A stretch of 64,000 nucleotides of DNA from Vicinamibacteria bacterium. Its GTDB lineage: Bacteria; Acidobacteriota; Vicinamibacteria; Marinacidobacterales; Marinacidobacteraceae. The stretch covers positions 1,159,596 to 1,223,595 of the forward strand of contig OZ244068.1 in the NCBI GenBank assembly GCA_965215615.1, read 5' to 3'. Shown here one piece after another: positions 20,361 to 30,022 of the stretch (positions are counted from its first letter, which is position 1; each line of letters opens with the position of its first letter). Below the pieces are notes generated by a model. The model did no database searches. It saw only the letters and a list, made by a program, of their open reading frames with translations, and was not told the DNA's origin. The position numbers and the translations under genes are program-made.

Positions 20361-20931
20361 CTGCGCTCGTGAGGTTCAGAAAATTGGTGACGAGATCCAC
20401 GCCCCTCTGGGTGAGGATGGATTCAGGATGGAACTGCACGCCCCAGATTGCAAGTTTTCGGTGCCGGATGCCCATGACTTCGCCGTCGTCGTTCGAACGG
20501 GCGGTAACCTCCAGATCGGAGGGGAGCGGTTCGTCAGCCACGAGGGAGTGATAGCGCATCGCGGGAAACGGGTCGTCGAGACCCGAAAAGAGTTCGGCCC
20601 CGGTGTGGCGAATGAGCGAGGTCTTGCCGTGGACCAGTTTGCGGGCCTTGCGGATATGGCCCCCGAAGGCTTCCACGACGCACTGGCATCCGAGACAGAC
20701 CCCGAGTATCGGGATGTCTCCTCCCAGTTCCCGGATCAGTTCGAGGGAGATCCCGGCGCTTTGCGGACGGCCCGGACCCGGCGAGAGCACGATTCGTTCG
20801 GGTGCCATCCCGCGCACTTCATCGGTGTCCGTGGCGTTGTTCCGGATCACCACCGGATCCGCTCCGAGCGAACCGAGAAGCTGGACCAGATTCCAGGTGA
20901 ACGAATCGAAATTGTCGAGAACGAGGGTCAT
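20353..20931 (-). CDS. trpG: Anthranilate synthase component II (glutamine amidotransferase).
   Basis: MTLVLDNFDSFTWNLVQ...ILGVCLGCQ...GVQFHPES... is the class I GATase triad. Confidence 0.85.
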   Translation of the reverse strand: MTLVLDNFDSFTWNLVQLLGSLGADPVVIRNNATDTDEVRGMAPERIVLSPGPGRPQSAGISLELIRELGGDIPILGVCLGCQCVVEAFGGHIRKARKLVHGKTSLIRHTGAELFSGLDDPFPAMRYHSLVADEPLPSDLEVTARSNDDGEVMGIRHRKLAIWGVQFHPESILTQRGVDLVTNFLNLTSADE

Positions 20932-22424
20932 CGGAACAGACCGCCGTGGGCCATTTCGAGGGCGGCGAGCACCGCTCCCGCCTTGTTGCGACTCTCGTCA
21001 CGCTCGGCTTCCGGGTCGGAGTCGGCGACCACTCCACCACCGGCCTGGAAGGTGGCGACTCCGTCCTTTGCGACCAGCGTGCGAATGGCGATCGCGGTGT
21101 CGGAGTTCCCGGTGTAGGAAAAGTAACCGATCGCGCCTCCATAGACCCCGCGTCGCTCGTTCTCCAGTTCGTCGAGGATCTCCATCGCCCGGATCTTCGG
21201 CGCGCCGGTGAGGGTGCCGGCGGGGAAGGTGGCGCGGAGCGCATCGTAGGCATCGAGGCCGGGTCGCAGCCGGCCCACCACCCGCGAAACGATGTGCATG
21301 ACGTGCGAATAGCGCTCGACGGTCATGAAATCCTCGACTTCGACTTCTCCGTAGCGCGCCACCCGCCCGATGTCGTTGCGGGCGAGGTCCACGAGCATGA
21401 CGTGCTCCGCCCGCTCCTTTTCGTCATCGAGCAGCGCCTCGGCGAGTGCGCGGTCTTCCTCCGGAGTCGCCCCGCGGGGGCGGGTACCGGCGATGGGCCG
21501 GGTCTCCACCTGGTCGCCGGTAGTCCGGGTCATCATCTCGGGAGAGGCACCGGCGATGACCAGGTCTCCGAGGTCGAGGTAGTACATGTAGGGCGAGGGG
21601 TTCACGATCCGGAGCGCCCGGTAGAACTCGAAGGGGTGGACGGTCAGCGGAGAGCGAAACCGCTGGGAGGGGACGACCTGGATGATGTCGCCGTCTTCGA
21701 TGTGGCGTTTGGCACGCTCCACCGCTTCGAGGTACTTCGTGCCGTCCATGTTGGATTCGGCACCCGGAAACGGCCTGTCCGGTTGCTCGCCGTCACCCTG
21801 GCCGCTACCGGTTTCCGGCCGTTCGAGGATCCTCGCGGTCGCGGCGATGCGGGATGCGGCTTCCTCGTAGGCTTCCTCTGCTTTCGCCGGATCGGGAACG
21901 TGGGCGTTGACGATGATCTGGATCAGGTGGCGGGCCTGGTCGAATGCCAGCACGGTGTCGGCGAGCAGGAACATCGAGTCCGGGATCGTGGTGGTTTTTC
22001 GAGACCGGTCGGGAAGTTCTTCGTACTGGCGTGCCGCGTCATACCCGAGATAGCCGACGTAGCCTCCTGAAAAAGGCGGCAGCCCCGGCAGACTGGCGGC
22101 CCGGATGCCACGGATCGCTTCCCGCATGGCGGCGAGCGGGTCCGGGTTCCGGAACTCGCGGAGGATCTCTCCCTGGGGAGAACGGTGGACGATCCGGTCG
22201 CCCCGGCTTTCGATGAGCATCCGGGGAGAAGTTCCGAGGAAGGTGTAGCGGGCCACTTGCTCTCCGCCCTCTACCGATTCCATCAAGAACGACGGCTCCT
22301 TTCCGGCGATCCGCCGGAAAGTGGAGACCGGAGTCAGGCAATCGGCAAGGATTTCCCGCCGGACCGGGATCAGGTTGAAGGAGCGAGCGAGGGAAGCGAA
22401 TTCCTCGGGGCCGGGGGAGAGCAC
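20928..22424 (-). CDS. trpE: Anthranilate synthase component I.
   Basis: ...FNLIPV.REILAD..TPVS...LTGAPKIRAMEILDELE...RGVYGGAIGYFS...FQAGGGVV... matches the chorismate-binding family. The start is taken at GTG 22424, 10 nt after the upstream stop. An ATG at 22532 would overlap the upstream gene by about 100 nt. Confidence 0.8.
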   Translation of the reverse strand: MLSPGPEEFASLARSFNLIPVRREILADCLTPVSTFRRIAGKEPSFLMESVEGGEQVARYTFLGTSPRMLIESRGDRIVHRSPQGEILREFRNPDPLAAMREAIRGIRAASLPGLPPFSGGYVGYLGYDAARQYEELPDRSRKTTTIPDSMFLLADTVLAFDQARHLIQIIVNAHVPDPAKAEEAYEEAASRIAATARILERPETGSGQGDGEQPDRPFPGAESNMDGTKYLEAVERAKRHIEDGDIIQVVPSQRFRSPLTVHPFEFYRALRIVNPSPYMYYLDLGDLVIAGASPEMMTRTTGDQVETRPIAGTRPRGATPEEDRALAEALLDDEKERAEHVMLVDLARNDIGRVARYGEVEVEDFMTVERYSHVMHIVSRVVGRLRPGLDAYDALRATFPAGTLTGAPKIRAMEILDELENERRGVYGGAIGYFSYTGNSDTAIAIRTLVAKDGVATFQAGGGVVADSDPEAERDESRNKAGAVLAALEMAHGGLFR

Positions 22425-22434
22425 GGGAGTTCGG

Positions 22435-23853
22435 TCAGCCGGAAGAGGCGAGGCCCAGCAGATCCCGGAGCGCGAAGACGGCGCGCGCCGCCTCGGCACC
22501 GGAGGCGAACCGGCGGGCTTCGAAGCGCGCACCGCCTTCTTCCGCCTCCATCAGTCCGAGTCCGACCGAAATCGCGGCGGCTTCGCGTTGCGGGTGGTTC
22601 CTGGCGAGATCCTCGAAGCGTCGATCGCGGCTTTCGCGGACCGCCTCCCGGTGTCGTTCTTCTTCGTGGACGCGGAGCGCCCGCGCCAGGGATTCGGCGA
22701 GCATGGCGCGATTCACGAGTCCCTTGGGCTGGAAGGTGTGATCGGGGAAGAGATCGAGATAGCCGGCGGCCACCGCTTCGCGGATCAAGCCAGCGGCCCA
22801 GCTTCGTTCGATATCGATGGCGATCACCGGGGCGGGCTCGCTGCCCGCTCCCAGTTCTCCCACGAGCAGAGCCGCGAGCTCCTCCCGGCTGATCCGCTCC
22901 GATTCCCGGATCCGTCGGTAGGCATCCGGAAGCATGGCGCGCTCGACGCGGTGCCGGAGCGCCGCCGCCCGGCGCGCGATATCCGGGAGCCCACCGATCC
23001 GGGGGTCGAATTCCACGGCCTGCAGGCGGGCTGCCGCTGCGTCCGGACCTTTGGCGGCGAGCGCGGCCTCGGCGGCCCGGATCCGGATGTCGAGCTCCCG
23101 CGGCGTGCCCTCCGCGAAACGCGCGGCTTCGTCGTACCAGTCGCGGGCGGCGGCCGGTTCGGACGCGGCGAGCGAGGCATCGGCGGCTTCGAGAATCAGA
23201 TCCTCGGCCTCCGGAAGCAGCTCCATCGCTTTCCTGAAAGCATCGGTGACCGGATCGCCGGAAACCCCTTCGCGCGCGAGGCGGCGGGCTTGAGTCAGGC
23301 GGGATTCCGCCACGTCGAGGGTCAGCGTGGGGAGGAGATCGGTGACGAGCGGTGCCTCGGGTGCCACCGCCTCGAGATTCTGAAGCCGTTTCAGGGTCTC
23401 TTCGGGGTCGCCCCGATCGAGCGCGAGGAGCGCATGGCCGAGGAGGAGGAACGGGTCACGCCCACTGTCGCCTCCACGATCGCTTCTACTCAGGGCAAGC
23501 GCGTTCTCGAACCGGGCTTCCGCCTCGGCCAGGTGTCCTCGCCGAATGTCGAGGTATCCGGCGAGGCCGAGAACCGGAGCGGTGGTCGGGGTTCGGGCTT
23601 CGAGCTTCCGGAGCCGTTCCATGGCGGCCCCGAGTCTTCCAGCGCGGATTTCCTCCCACAGCATGGCGGCGGTCTCGCGCTCGGCTTCGGGGAGCGTCGG
23701 AAAGGTGACCGGCCCGAACTCTTCGACATGATCCCAATGCGGGAAGGGGGTGACCGGGATGTCCGGAATCGCCCGCGCGCACCCCGAAAGGAGGGCGAAC
23801 GCCAGGAGAACAGCCTTCGTCGGCGCGGTCGGAGAGGGGAGCGGTTCGGACAC
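22435..23853 (-). CDS. Lipoprotein with TPR-like repeats and C-terminal SLH-like (S-layer homology) motifs.
   Basis: Probable GTG start giving VSEPLPSPTAPTKAVLLAFALLSGCA (lipobox). Helical TPR-like middle. C-terminal ...ERSWAAGLIREAVAAGYLDLFPDHTFQPKGLVNRAMLAESLARAL is SLH-like. The 5' 290 codons of the annotated ORF are antisense to the plus-strand gene and rejected. Confidence 0.5.
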   Translation of the reverse strand: MSEPLPSPTAPTKAVLLAFALLSGCARAIPDIPVTPFPHWDHVEEFGPVTFPTLPEAERETAAMLWEEIRAGRLGAAMERLRKLEARTPTTAPVLGLAGYLDIRRGHLAEAEARFENALALSRSDRGGDSGRDPFLLLGHALLALDRGDPEETLKRLQNLEAVAPEAPLVTDLLPTLTLDVAESRLTQARRLAREGVSGDPVTDAFRKAMELLPEAEDLILEAADASLAASEPAAARDWYDEAARFAEGTPRELDIRIRAAEAALAAKGPDAAAARLQAVEFDPRIGGLPDIARRAAALRHRVERAMLPDAYRRIRESERISREELAALLVGELGAGSEPAPVIAIDIERSWAAGLIREAVAAGYLDLFPDHTFQPKGLVNRAMLAESLARALRVHEEERHREAVRESRDRRFEDLARNHPQREAAAISVGLGLMEAEEGGARFEARRFASGAEAARAVFALRDLLGLASSG

Positions 23854-23889
23854 CGGCGCGAGTCTAGCCGCCGACCCTACAATGACCGG

Positions 23890-24798
23890 ATGATGCGTCG
23901 AATTCCTTCCCTTCTCCTTTTTCTCGCCGCCGCTTCGCTGCTCGGAGCAGCGCCGCAATCGCCAGCCGATGCCGAGCGCCGCATTCTCGAGCACGTCCGG
24001 GACACCCTGGTTCCCGGAGAGCGTCTGCTTCTCTCTTCGCTCGTGGAACGCTTCGGAGCGCCGGATGAGCAGCGGGCACTCGATCGTCTGAACGACGTGT
24101 TTTTCCGGGTGCCACTCTTCATCGCCGAGTTCGAGGGTCGGGAGGACCGGCTGCCCACGCTCGCCGACATCGCGGGCCAGTTCTCGCTGTACGGCAAGGA
24201 GGCGGCCGACATCGTCCTGCGGATCATGGAATCCGATCCACGGGTGCCGAAGTTCCTGACTCGCGACGCGGACGGGGAAATCGTGGGGATCGACGAGGAG
24301 ATGATCCGTGCCGATCAGCGGTTCGCCCAGGCGGTGAGTCGCAGCCTCACCGGCTGGGAGGGCCGGTCGCTCCCGGGGATCAACGGGGAGCGCTTCGCCG
24401 GAGGAGAAGCCACGGTCGCCGACATGATGAGCGCGGCCACCCTGATCTACGTCTGGTTCACCGATTGTCCGCCCTGCGTCCAGATTTCTCCGGTACTCCA
24501 GTCGCTCCACGAGGATCTCGGGGATGACGGACTCACGATCGTCGGGCTCAACGCCGACCGGGTTCTGAAGCTGCCCTACGAAGATGCCGACCGGACGAAC
24601 CACCTCGAGCGGGGAGGGGTCACCTTCGAGAACCTCCACCTCACCGAGGAGGATCGGGCGGCGCTCGGCAACGTGAACATCTTTCCCACGTTGTTCCTGT
24701 CGGGGTCGGACGGAACGATCACGAGCCATTTCGTCAACTTCCAGCCCCGCGAGACCCTCGAGCCTGCGATTCGCGAACTCCTGTCGGAGAATCCGTAA
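23890..24798 (+). CDS. Secreted thioredoxin-fold thiol:disulfide oxidoreductase (TlpA/ResA-like).
   Basis: MMRRIPSLLLFLAAASLLGAAPQ is a signal peptide. WFTDCPPCVQ is a CxxC active site inside a thioredoxin-like C-terminal domain. The upstream 520 codons of ORF 22321.. are rejected. Confidence 0.65.
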   Translation: MMRRIPSLLLFLAAASLLGAAPQSPADAERRILEHVRDTLVPGERLLLSSLVERFGAPDEQRALDRLNDVFFRVPLFIAEFEGREDRLPTLADIAGQFSLYGKEAADIVLRIMESDPRVPKFLTRDADGEIVGIDEEMIRADQRFAQAVSRSLTGWEGRSLPGINGERFAGGEATVADMMSAATLIYVWFTDCPPCVQISPVLQSLHEDLGDDGLTIVGLNADRVLKLPYEDADRTNHLERGGVTFENLHLTEEDRAALGNVNIFPTLFLSGSDGTITSHFVNFQPRETLEPAIRELLSENP

Positions 24799-24802
24799 AT
24801 AT

Positions 24803-24831
24803 TTGATAACATTCTGCTCATATGATATAGT
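24803..24831 (+). promoter_or_regulatory. Near-consensus sigma70-type promoter upstream of dnaK.
   Basis: TTGATA, then a 17-nt spacer, then TATAGT. It sits in a roughly 45-nt AT-rich patch within an otherwise very GC-rich region, about 100 nt upstream of the dnaK ATG. Confidence 0.5.
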
Positions 24832-24938
24832 ATTCTTCTACTAAGACACCTGTCGGGTTCGTTCGCACCCGGGGTGGAATCACTGGATCGCGGCCCCTCG
24901 GTCGCGCTTCGTTCCCTGTGGGAGATCAAGAAACGGAT

Positions 24939-26843
24939 ATGAGCAAGATCATCGGAATCGACCTCGGCACCACCAACTCCGCGGTGGCCGTGATGGAGGG
25001 CGGACAGTCCACCATCATTCCGAATACCGAAGGGGGACGGACCACGGCTTCGGTGGTCGGGATCGCCCGCTCCGGAGAGCGCCTGGTGGGGGAAGTGGCC
25101 AAGCGCCAGGCGATCACGAACCCGACCAACACCGTCTTTTCGGTCAAGCGCTTCATGGGCCGCCGTTTCGAGGAGGTGGCCGACGAGCGCGACGGCGCTC
25201 CCTACACGGTGGCCTCCCGGAGCGACGGTGGCATCGAGGTGGAGCTGAGCGGCAAGAAATACACCCCGCCGGAGATTTCGGCGATGGTGCTTCAGAAGAT
25301 GAAGAGCGCCGCCGAGCAGTACCTCGGCGAAGACGTGGGCCGGGCGGTCATCACCGTCCCCGCCTATTTCAATGACTCCCAGCGCCAGGCCACCAAGGAT
25401 GCCGGCGAGATCGCCGGGCTCGAAGTGGTGCGGATCGTCAACGAACCCACCGCCGCCGCGCTCGCCTACGGGCTCGACAAGAAGAAGTCCGAAAAGATCG
25501 CCGTGTACGATTTCGGTGGCGGCACCTTTGACATCTCGATCCTCGAAGTGGGTGAGGGAGTCGTGGAAGTTCGCTCGACGAACGGCGACACCCACCTCGG
25601 GGGCGATGACCTCGACCAGCGGATCATCAACTGGATCGTGGACTCCTTCCTCAAGTCGGATGGGGTCAATCTGAGCGAGGACCGGATGGCGTTGCAGCGT
25701 CTGAAGGATGCCGCGGAAAAGGCCAAGATCGAGCTCTCGACGACCCAGCAGACCGACATCAGCCTGCCTTTCATCACCGCCGACAGTTCCGGGCCGAAGC
25801 ACCTGTCACTCAGCCTTTCCCGCGCGAAGCTCGAGGAGTTGGTCGGGGAGCTGATCGACCGGACCCGCAAGCCGTGCCTCCAGGCGCTCGAGGACGCCGA
25901 GCTCGAGGCCTCCTCCATCGACGAAGTGGTGCTGGTCGGAGGGACCACCCGCATCCCGGCGGTCCAGAAGGTAGTCAAGGAAATCTTCGGCTGCGACCCC
26001 CATCAGGGCGTCAACCCCGACGAAGTGGTCGCTCTTGGTGCCGCGGTACAGGCGGGGGTTCTCGGCGGCGATGTCAAGGATCTGCTGCTCCTCGATGTCA
26101 CGCCGCTTTCGCTTGGAATCGAGACGCTCGGCGGAGTCTTCACCGGCCTCATCGAGCGGAACCAGACGATTCCTTTCCGGAAGACCGAGACCTTTTCCAC
26201 CGCCGCCGATAACCAGACGCAGGTCGAAATCCACGTGCTGCAGGGGGAGCGGGCGATGGCCGCCGACAACCGGACGCTCGGCAAGTTCAACCTGGTCGGA
26301 CTTCCCCCGGCACCGCGTGGCGTGCCACAGATCGAAGTCACCTTCGACATCGACGCGAACGGCATCGTGAACGTGTCGGCGAAGGATCAGGGCACGGGAC
26401 GCGAGCAGGCCATCACCATCACCGCTTCGAGTGGCCTCGGCAAGGACGAGATCGAAAAGATGAAGACGGAGGCCGCTGCCAACGAGGAGGCGGACCGCAA
26501 GCAAAAAGAAGATGTCGAAGTCCGCAATGAAACGGACTCGATGGCCCACCAACTGGAAAAAACGCTCCAGGAAAACCGGGAGAAGCTGGAAGCGGGTGAT
26601 GCGGAGGCGCTCGAAAAAGCGGTTTCGGATGCCCGGGAAGCGCTCGGTGGTGAAGACATGGAGCGCATCCGCTCGGCGCGCGCCGACCTCGAGAAGGCGA
26701 CCCACCGGTTGGCCGAAGTCATGTACAAGAAGACTTCGGACCCGAAGCCCGACGGGCCGCCCCCGCCGCCGCACGGCAAGGCAGGAGGCGGAAACGGGGC
26801 CGCCGACGACGACATCATCGACGCGGAGGTCGTGCGCGACTGA
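24939..26843 (+). CDS. dnaK: Chaperone DnaK (Hsp70).
   Basis: [18 protein letters not shown]...[12 protein letters not shown]... shows full Hsp70 signatures. Start taken at the internal ATG ([10 protein letters not shown]). Confidence 0.95.
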   Translation: MSKIIGIDLGTTNSAVAVMEGGQSTIIPNTEGGRTTASVVGIARSGERLVGEVAKRQAITNPTNTVFSVKRFMGRRFEEVADERDGAPYTVASRSDGGIEVELSGKKYTPPEISAMVLQKMKSAAEQYLGEDVGRAVITVPAYFNDSQRQATKDAGEIAGLEVVRIVNEPTAAALAYGLDKKKSEKIAVYDFGGGTFDISILEVGEGVVEVRSTNGDTHLGGDDLDQRIINWIVDSFLKSDGVNLSEDRMALQRLKDAAEKAKIELSTTQQTDISLPFITADSSGPKHLSLSLSRAKLEELVGELIDRTRKPCLQALEDAELEASSIDEVVLVGGTTRIPAVQKVVKEIFGCDPHQGVNPDEVVALGAAVQAGVLGGDVKDLLLLDVTPLSLGIETLGGVFTGLIERNQTIPFRKTETFSTAADNQTQVEIHVLQGERAMAADNRTLGKFNLVGLPPAPRGVPQIEVTFDIDANGIVNVSAKDQGTGREQAITITASSGLGKDEIEKMKTEAAANEEADRKQKEDVEVRNETDSMAHQLEKTLQENREKLEAGDAEALEKAVSDAREALGGEDMERIRSARADLEKATHRLAEVMYKKTSDPKPDGPPPPPHGKAGGGNGAADDDIIDAEVVRD

Positions 26844-26864
26844 CCGCGCGGGGGCCCGGCGGGC

Positions 26865-27983
26865 ATGGCGGACGGATCCGATCTCTACCAGGCGCTCGGG
26901 GTGGATCGGGCTGCCGGAGCTCCCCGAATCCGCCAGGCCTATCGCCGTCTGGTCCGTCGGTTCCACCCGGATCTGAATCCCGGCGATCCGGTTGCCGCCG
27001 CCCGCTATTCCGAGATCCGTCGCGCCTGGCTGATCCTGAAGGATCCGGTCAAGCGGTCCGAATATGACGAAGCGGGGGATCGCGAGGCGGGTTTCGAATC
27101 CCGCGTCGCCGCGCCCTCGGGCTATGGCTTCGCCGGCTTCGATTTCACGGCCGAGCCGTCCAGCCGGGAGGCGGATCTCAAGGAGATCCTGGGAACCCGG
27201 CAGGAAGCGCAGCCGGGAGAGGATCAGCCGGATCTCCACAGCCGGGTCCGCCTTTCGTTCCGGGAGGCCCTCGAAGGCCGCTCGGTGCGATTCCGGGTTG
27301 CCCGGCGCGAGGCCTGTTCCGACTGCTCGGGCCACGGTGTCCTGCCCCTCGAGGTACCGGCTCCCTGTCCGACCTGCCGCGGCGGAGGACAGCGTCTTCG
27401 GCGGGTGGGACACATGGTGTTCTCGCGATCCTGCGGACGATGCGAGGGAAAGGGAACCCTGGGATACGCTCCCTGCGATCCCTGTCAGGGCCGGGGCAGT
27501 CGGGTCCGGGTCAGTCGGGAACTGGTTCGGGTTCCTGCCGGGGTCGCTGACGGGGCGACCGTCGTGGTCTCCGGCAAGGGGCATGAACGACCGGGGGAAG
27601 CTCCTCCCGGCAACCTGCATCTGCACATCGAAGTCGAGGCGCATCCGCTGCTCGAGCGGCGTGGCGACAACCTGGTCTGTCCCTTGCCGCTCACCCTCGC
27701 CGAAGCGGCGCTTGGCGGGAAGATCGAAGCACCTACCCCCCAGGGGACAGTGACCCTGCGGTTGCCTCCCGGGGTGCAGCCGGGCGACCGGCTCCGGGTT
27801 TCGGGAAGGGGGGTACGCTCGGCGCGGGGTGACGGTCGCGGGGATTTGTTCTTCGAGGTCCAGGTGCGCATCCCGATCGTCCGGGACGATCGCTCCCGCA
27901 ATCTCGTGGAAGAGCTGGACCGGCGGAACCCTTCCTCACCCCGCGAAGGATTGGCCGAAAAACTCGGCGGGGACGCGGCATGA
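26865..27983 (+). CDS. dnaJ: Chaperone DnaJ.
   Basis: J-domain (...DLYQALGVDRAAGAPRIRQAYRRLVRRFHPDLNPGD...). CxxCxGxG zinc-finger repeats (CSDCSGHG, CPTCRGGG, CGRCEGKG, CDPCQGRG). Confidence 0.9.
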   Translation: MADGSDLYQALGVDRAAGAPRIRQAYRRLVRRFHPDLNPGDPVAAARYSEIRRAWLILKDPVKRSEYDEAGDREAGFESRVAAPSGYGFAGFDFTAEPSSREADLKEILGTRQEAQPGEDQPDLHSRVRLSFREALEGRSVRFRVARREACSDCSGHGVLPLEVPAPCPTCRGGGQRLRRVGHMVFSRSCGRCEGKGTLGYAPCDPCQGRGSRVRVSRELVRVPAGVADGATVVVSGKGHERPGEAPPGNLHLHIEVEAHPLLERRGDNLVCPLPLTLAEAALGGKIEAPTPQGTVTLRLPPGVQPGDRLRVSGRGVRSARGDGRGDLFFEVQVRIPIVRDDRSRNLVEELDRRNPSSPREGLAEKLGGDAA

Positions 27984-28411
27984 GCGCGGACCGTCGGGGG
28001 AGCTACATGATCAGCGCCGTGGCCGAGATGTTCGAGATCCATCCGCAAACGCTCCGGCTCTATGAGCGCGAGGGATTGCTCCGGCCGTCACGGACCGAAG
28101 GGAACACCCGTCTCTACGGAGAAGAAGATCTGGATCGACTGCGAGCGATCCTGAACCTCCGGGAGATGGGTGTGAACCTCGCCGGCGTGGACATCATCCT
28201 CGAGATGCGGAGCCGGATGGAGCGCATGCAGAAGGAGATCGTCGCGTTCACCGAGTTCGTCCACCGCGAACTTGCGCGCGAGGACAATCGCCTGAGCGAG
28301 CGCGCCCGGATGGCGCTGGTCCGCCTGCCGAAGCGGGATCTGGTTCCGGCCCCGGGGAAGCCCGCCGCGGAAACGGAAAGAACTGTTTCCGACGATGGAG
28401 CGCGGGATTGA
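27980..28411 (+). CDS. hspR: MerR-family heat-shock repressor HspR.
   Basis: MerR-type HTH ...YMISAVAEMFEIHPQTLRLYEREGLLRPSRTEGNTRLYGEEDL... immediately follows dnaJ with an ATGA overlap. Confidence 0.75.
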   Translation: MSADRRGSYMISAVAEMFEIHPQTLRLYEREGLLRPSRTEGNTRLYGEEDLDRLRAILNLREMGVNLAGVDIILEMRSRMERMQKEIVAFTEFVHRELAREDNRLSERARMALVRLPKRDLVPAPGKPAAETERTVSDDGARD

Positions 28412-29130
28412 CCCGTCGCCCCCGGCTTCCCTGTTCCCGGTGTGGCGGCACCCGCTGGCGCCCCCGCGACCCCGAAGTGCTCGACTCCCCGGTGGTTCCC
28501 TGCGCCTGCGAGGAGCTCGCGATGTCGGATCCCGCCCGACTCACGAGCTTCGGAATCCCGAAGCGGTTTCGCTCGGTTTCGTTCGATTCCTATGAGGAGC
28601 TTTCTCCCGCACTGAGTCGGGCGCGGCTCGCGGTCGAGCGCTGGGCCGAGTCGTATCCGGACGTGAAGAAGGGTCTCTTCCTGACGGGCCAGACAGGCGT
28701 GGGCAAGACGCATCTGGCGGTGGCGGCGGTTCGCCGGGTGGCGCTGGAGCGGAATCTGGAAACCGCTGTGCGTTTCGTCTGTGTGCCGGCGCTCATCGAG
28801 CGGCTTCGCTTCGTTCTGCGGGACGGGAGCGCGACCGAGGATGCGATCCTCGCTCCGCTGTTCCGGGCCGAAATTCTGGTGCTCGACGGCCTCGGAGAGG
28901 ACATGGTTCAGGAATGGGTGGTCGAGAAGATGCTCTACCTGCTGACTCGCTGTTACAACGATTGTCAGACCCTGATCTGCACCAGTGTCTATCGGGAAGA
29001 CCCCGCCGCCTCGCCTGCTCTCGCCGACCGGATCAGCCCGCGCGGGGTCTCCATGCTCCTCGAGGCGTGTCAATTCGTCGAGGTGCAGGGCGAGGATTTC
29101 CGCCATACTGTCATTCGCCACGGCGAATAG
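28408..29130 (+). CDS. DnaC/IstB-like AAA+ ATPase with an N-terminal zinc-ribbon-like segment.
   Basis: Walker A ...LFLTGQTGVGKTHLAVAA..., Walker B ...EILVLDGLGED.... N-terminal CSRCGG...CAC. Overlaps the hspR stop. Confidence 0.6.
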   Translation: MTRRPRLPCSRCGGTRWRPRDPEVLDSPVVPCACEELAMSDPARLTSFGIPKRFRSVSFDSYEELSPALSRARLAVERWAESYPDVKKGLFLTGQTGVGKTHLAVAAVRRVALERNLETAVRFVCVPALIERLRFVLRDGSATEDAILAPLFRAEILVLDGLGEDMVQEWVVEKMLYLLTRCYNDCQTLICTSVYREDPAASPALADRISPRGVSMLLEACQFVEVQGEDFRHTVIRHGE

Positions 29131-29158
29131 CCCGCCAATTTCCGAAGGAGTTCGAACC

Positions 29159-29998
29159 ATGCACCGATGCGCCCCGGCCTTTCTCTTCGCCGCGATGCTC
29201 GGGTCCTACGCCCTGGCCCAGTCTCCGCCGCCCGACAAGCCGCGCCCCATCCCCATCCGGGATTCGGTGTTCATCGAGGATCTCACCTGGATGGAGGTGC
29301 GCGACCTGATCGCCGCCGGCAAGACCACCGCCATCGTGGCGAGCGGCGGTGTCGAGCAGAACGGTCCTTATCTGGTCACCGGCAAGCACAACGTACTGCT
29401 CCGGGGAACGACCGAAGCGATCGCCCGGGATCTGGGGAACGCGCTGGTCGCGCCCATCCTGAAGCTGGTGCCCGAGGGAGATTTCGACCCTCCGACCGGC
29501 CACATGCGTTACCCGGGAACCGTCGGCCTGAGCGAGGAAACTTTCCGCGCCGTGCTTCGCGATGTCGCCCGCAGCCTGCGGGCGAGCGGCTTCTCGCACA
29601 TCGTCTTCCTCGGAGACAGCGGCGGGAACCAGGCCGGCATGGAAGCGGTCGCTTCCGAGATGAACACGGCGTTCGGTGGTTCGCCTGGCGTGCACTACAT
29701 CCCCCAGTTCTACGATGTCACAGGGCTCAGGACCTGGCTCGCGGAGAACGGGATCGAGGAAGAACCGGAAGGCATCCACGACGAGTTCGCGATGTCCTCG
29801 ATGATGGCGGCCGTGGATCCGGACTCGATCCGGACCGCGGAGCGCCGGAAAGCGGGGCTCTTCCGGATCAACGGCGTGGATCTCGATCCGCTGGATCAGA
29901 CCATTGCGTGGGGGCTTCGCCTCTTCCGGTATCGCAGTTCGGTGACCGTTCCGGCGATCCGGGCCGCGATCGGGGAGGCATCCGAAAGCGAGGAGTGA
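29159..29998 (+). CDS. Creatininase-family (creatinine amidohydrolase-like) protein with a signal peptide.
   Basis: ...IVASGGVEQNGPYL...GHMRYPGT...HIVFLGDSGGN... resembles the creatininase family. An AAGGAG RBS lies 8 nt upstream of the ATG. Confidence 0.55.
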   Translation: MHRCAPAFLFAAMLGSYALAQSPPPDKPRPIPIRDSVFIEDLTWMEVRDLIAAGKTTAIVASGGVEQNGPYLVTGKHNVLLRGTTEAIARDLGNALVAPILKLVPEGDFDPPTGHMRYPGTVGLSEETFRAVLRDVARSLRASGFSHIVFLGDSGGNQAGMEAVASEMNTAFGGSPGVHYIPQFYDVTGLRTWLAENGIEEEPEGIHDEFAMSSMMAAVDPDSIRTAERRKAGLFRINGVDLDPLDQTIAWGLRLFRYRSSVTVPAIRAAIGEASESEE

Positions 29999-30003
29999 TC
30001 GCG

Positions 30004-30022
30004 ATGCGAATATGATTCGCAT
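30004..30022 (+). promoter_or_regulatory. Perfect 8-bp-arm palindrome ATGCGAAT-atg-ATTCGCAT at the 5' end of vapB.
   Basis: Seen directly in sequence. It overlaps TATGAT and CATAAT -10-like hexamers and the first in-frame ATGs of the antitoxin gene. Confidence 0.4.

Noticed and set aside
22321-23889. 5' part of the 825-aa plus-strand ORF, and the first about 290 codons of the minus-strand ORF 22435..24729.
   Set aside because: Each is the antisense shadow of the other strand's genuine gene (the TPR/SLH lipoprotein and the TlpA-like protein respectively). Signal peptides mark the real starts.
24832-24938. Possible HspR operator (HAIR) or CIRCE element upstream of dnaK.
   Set aside because: Only a weak CTTCGTT-N10-GATCAAG resemblance with wrong spacing. 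There is no TTAGCACTC-N9-GAGTGCTAA. It is not called as a feature.
24576-27644. Minus-strand ORFs 24576..25802 and 25806..27644 opposite dnaK and dnaJ.
   Set aside because: Antisense to Hsp70 and DnaJ, whose identity is certain.
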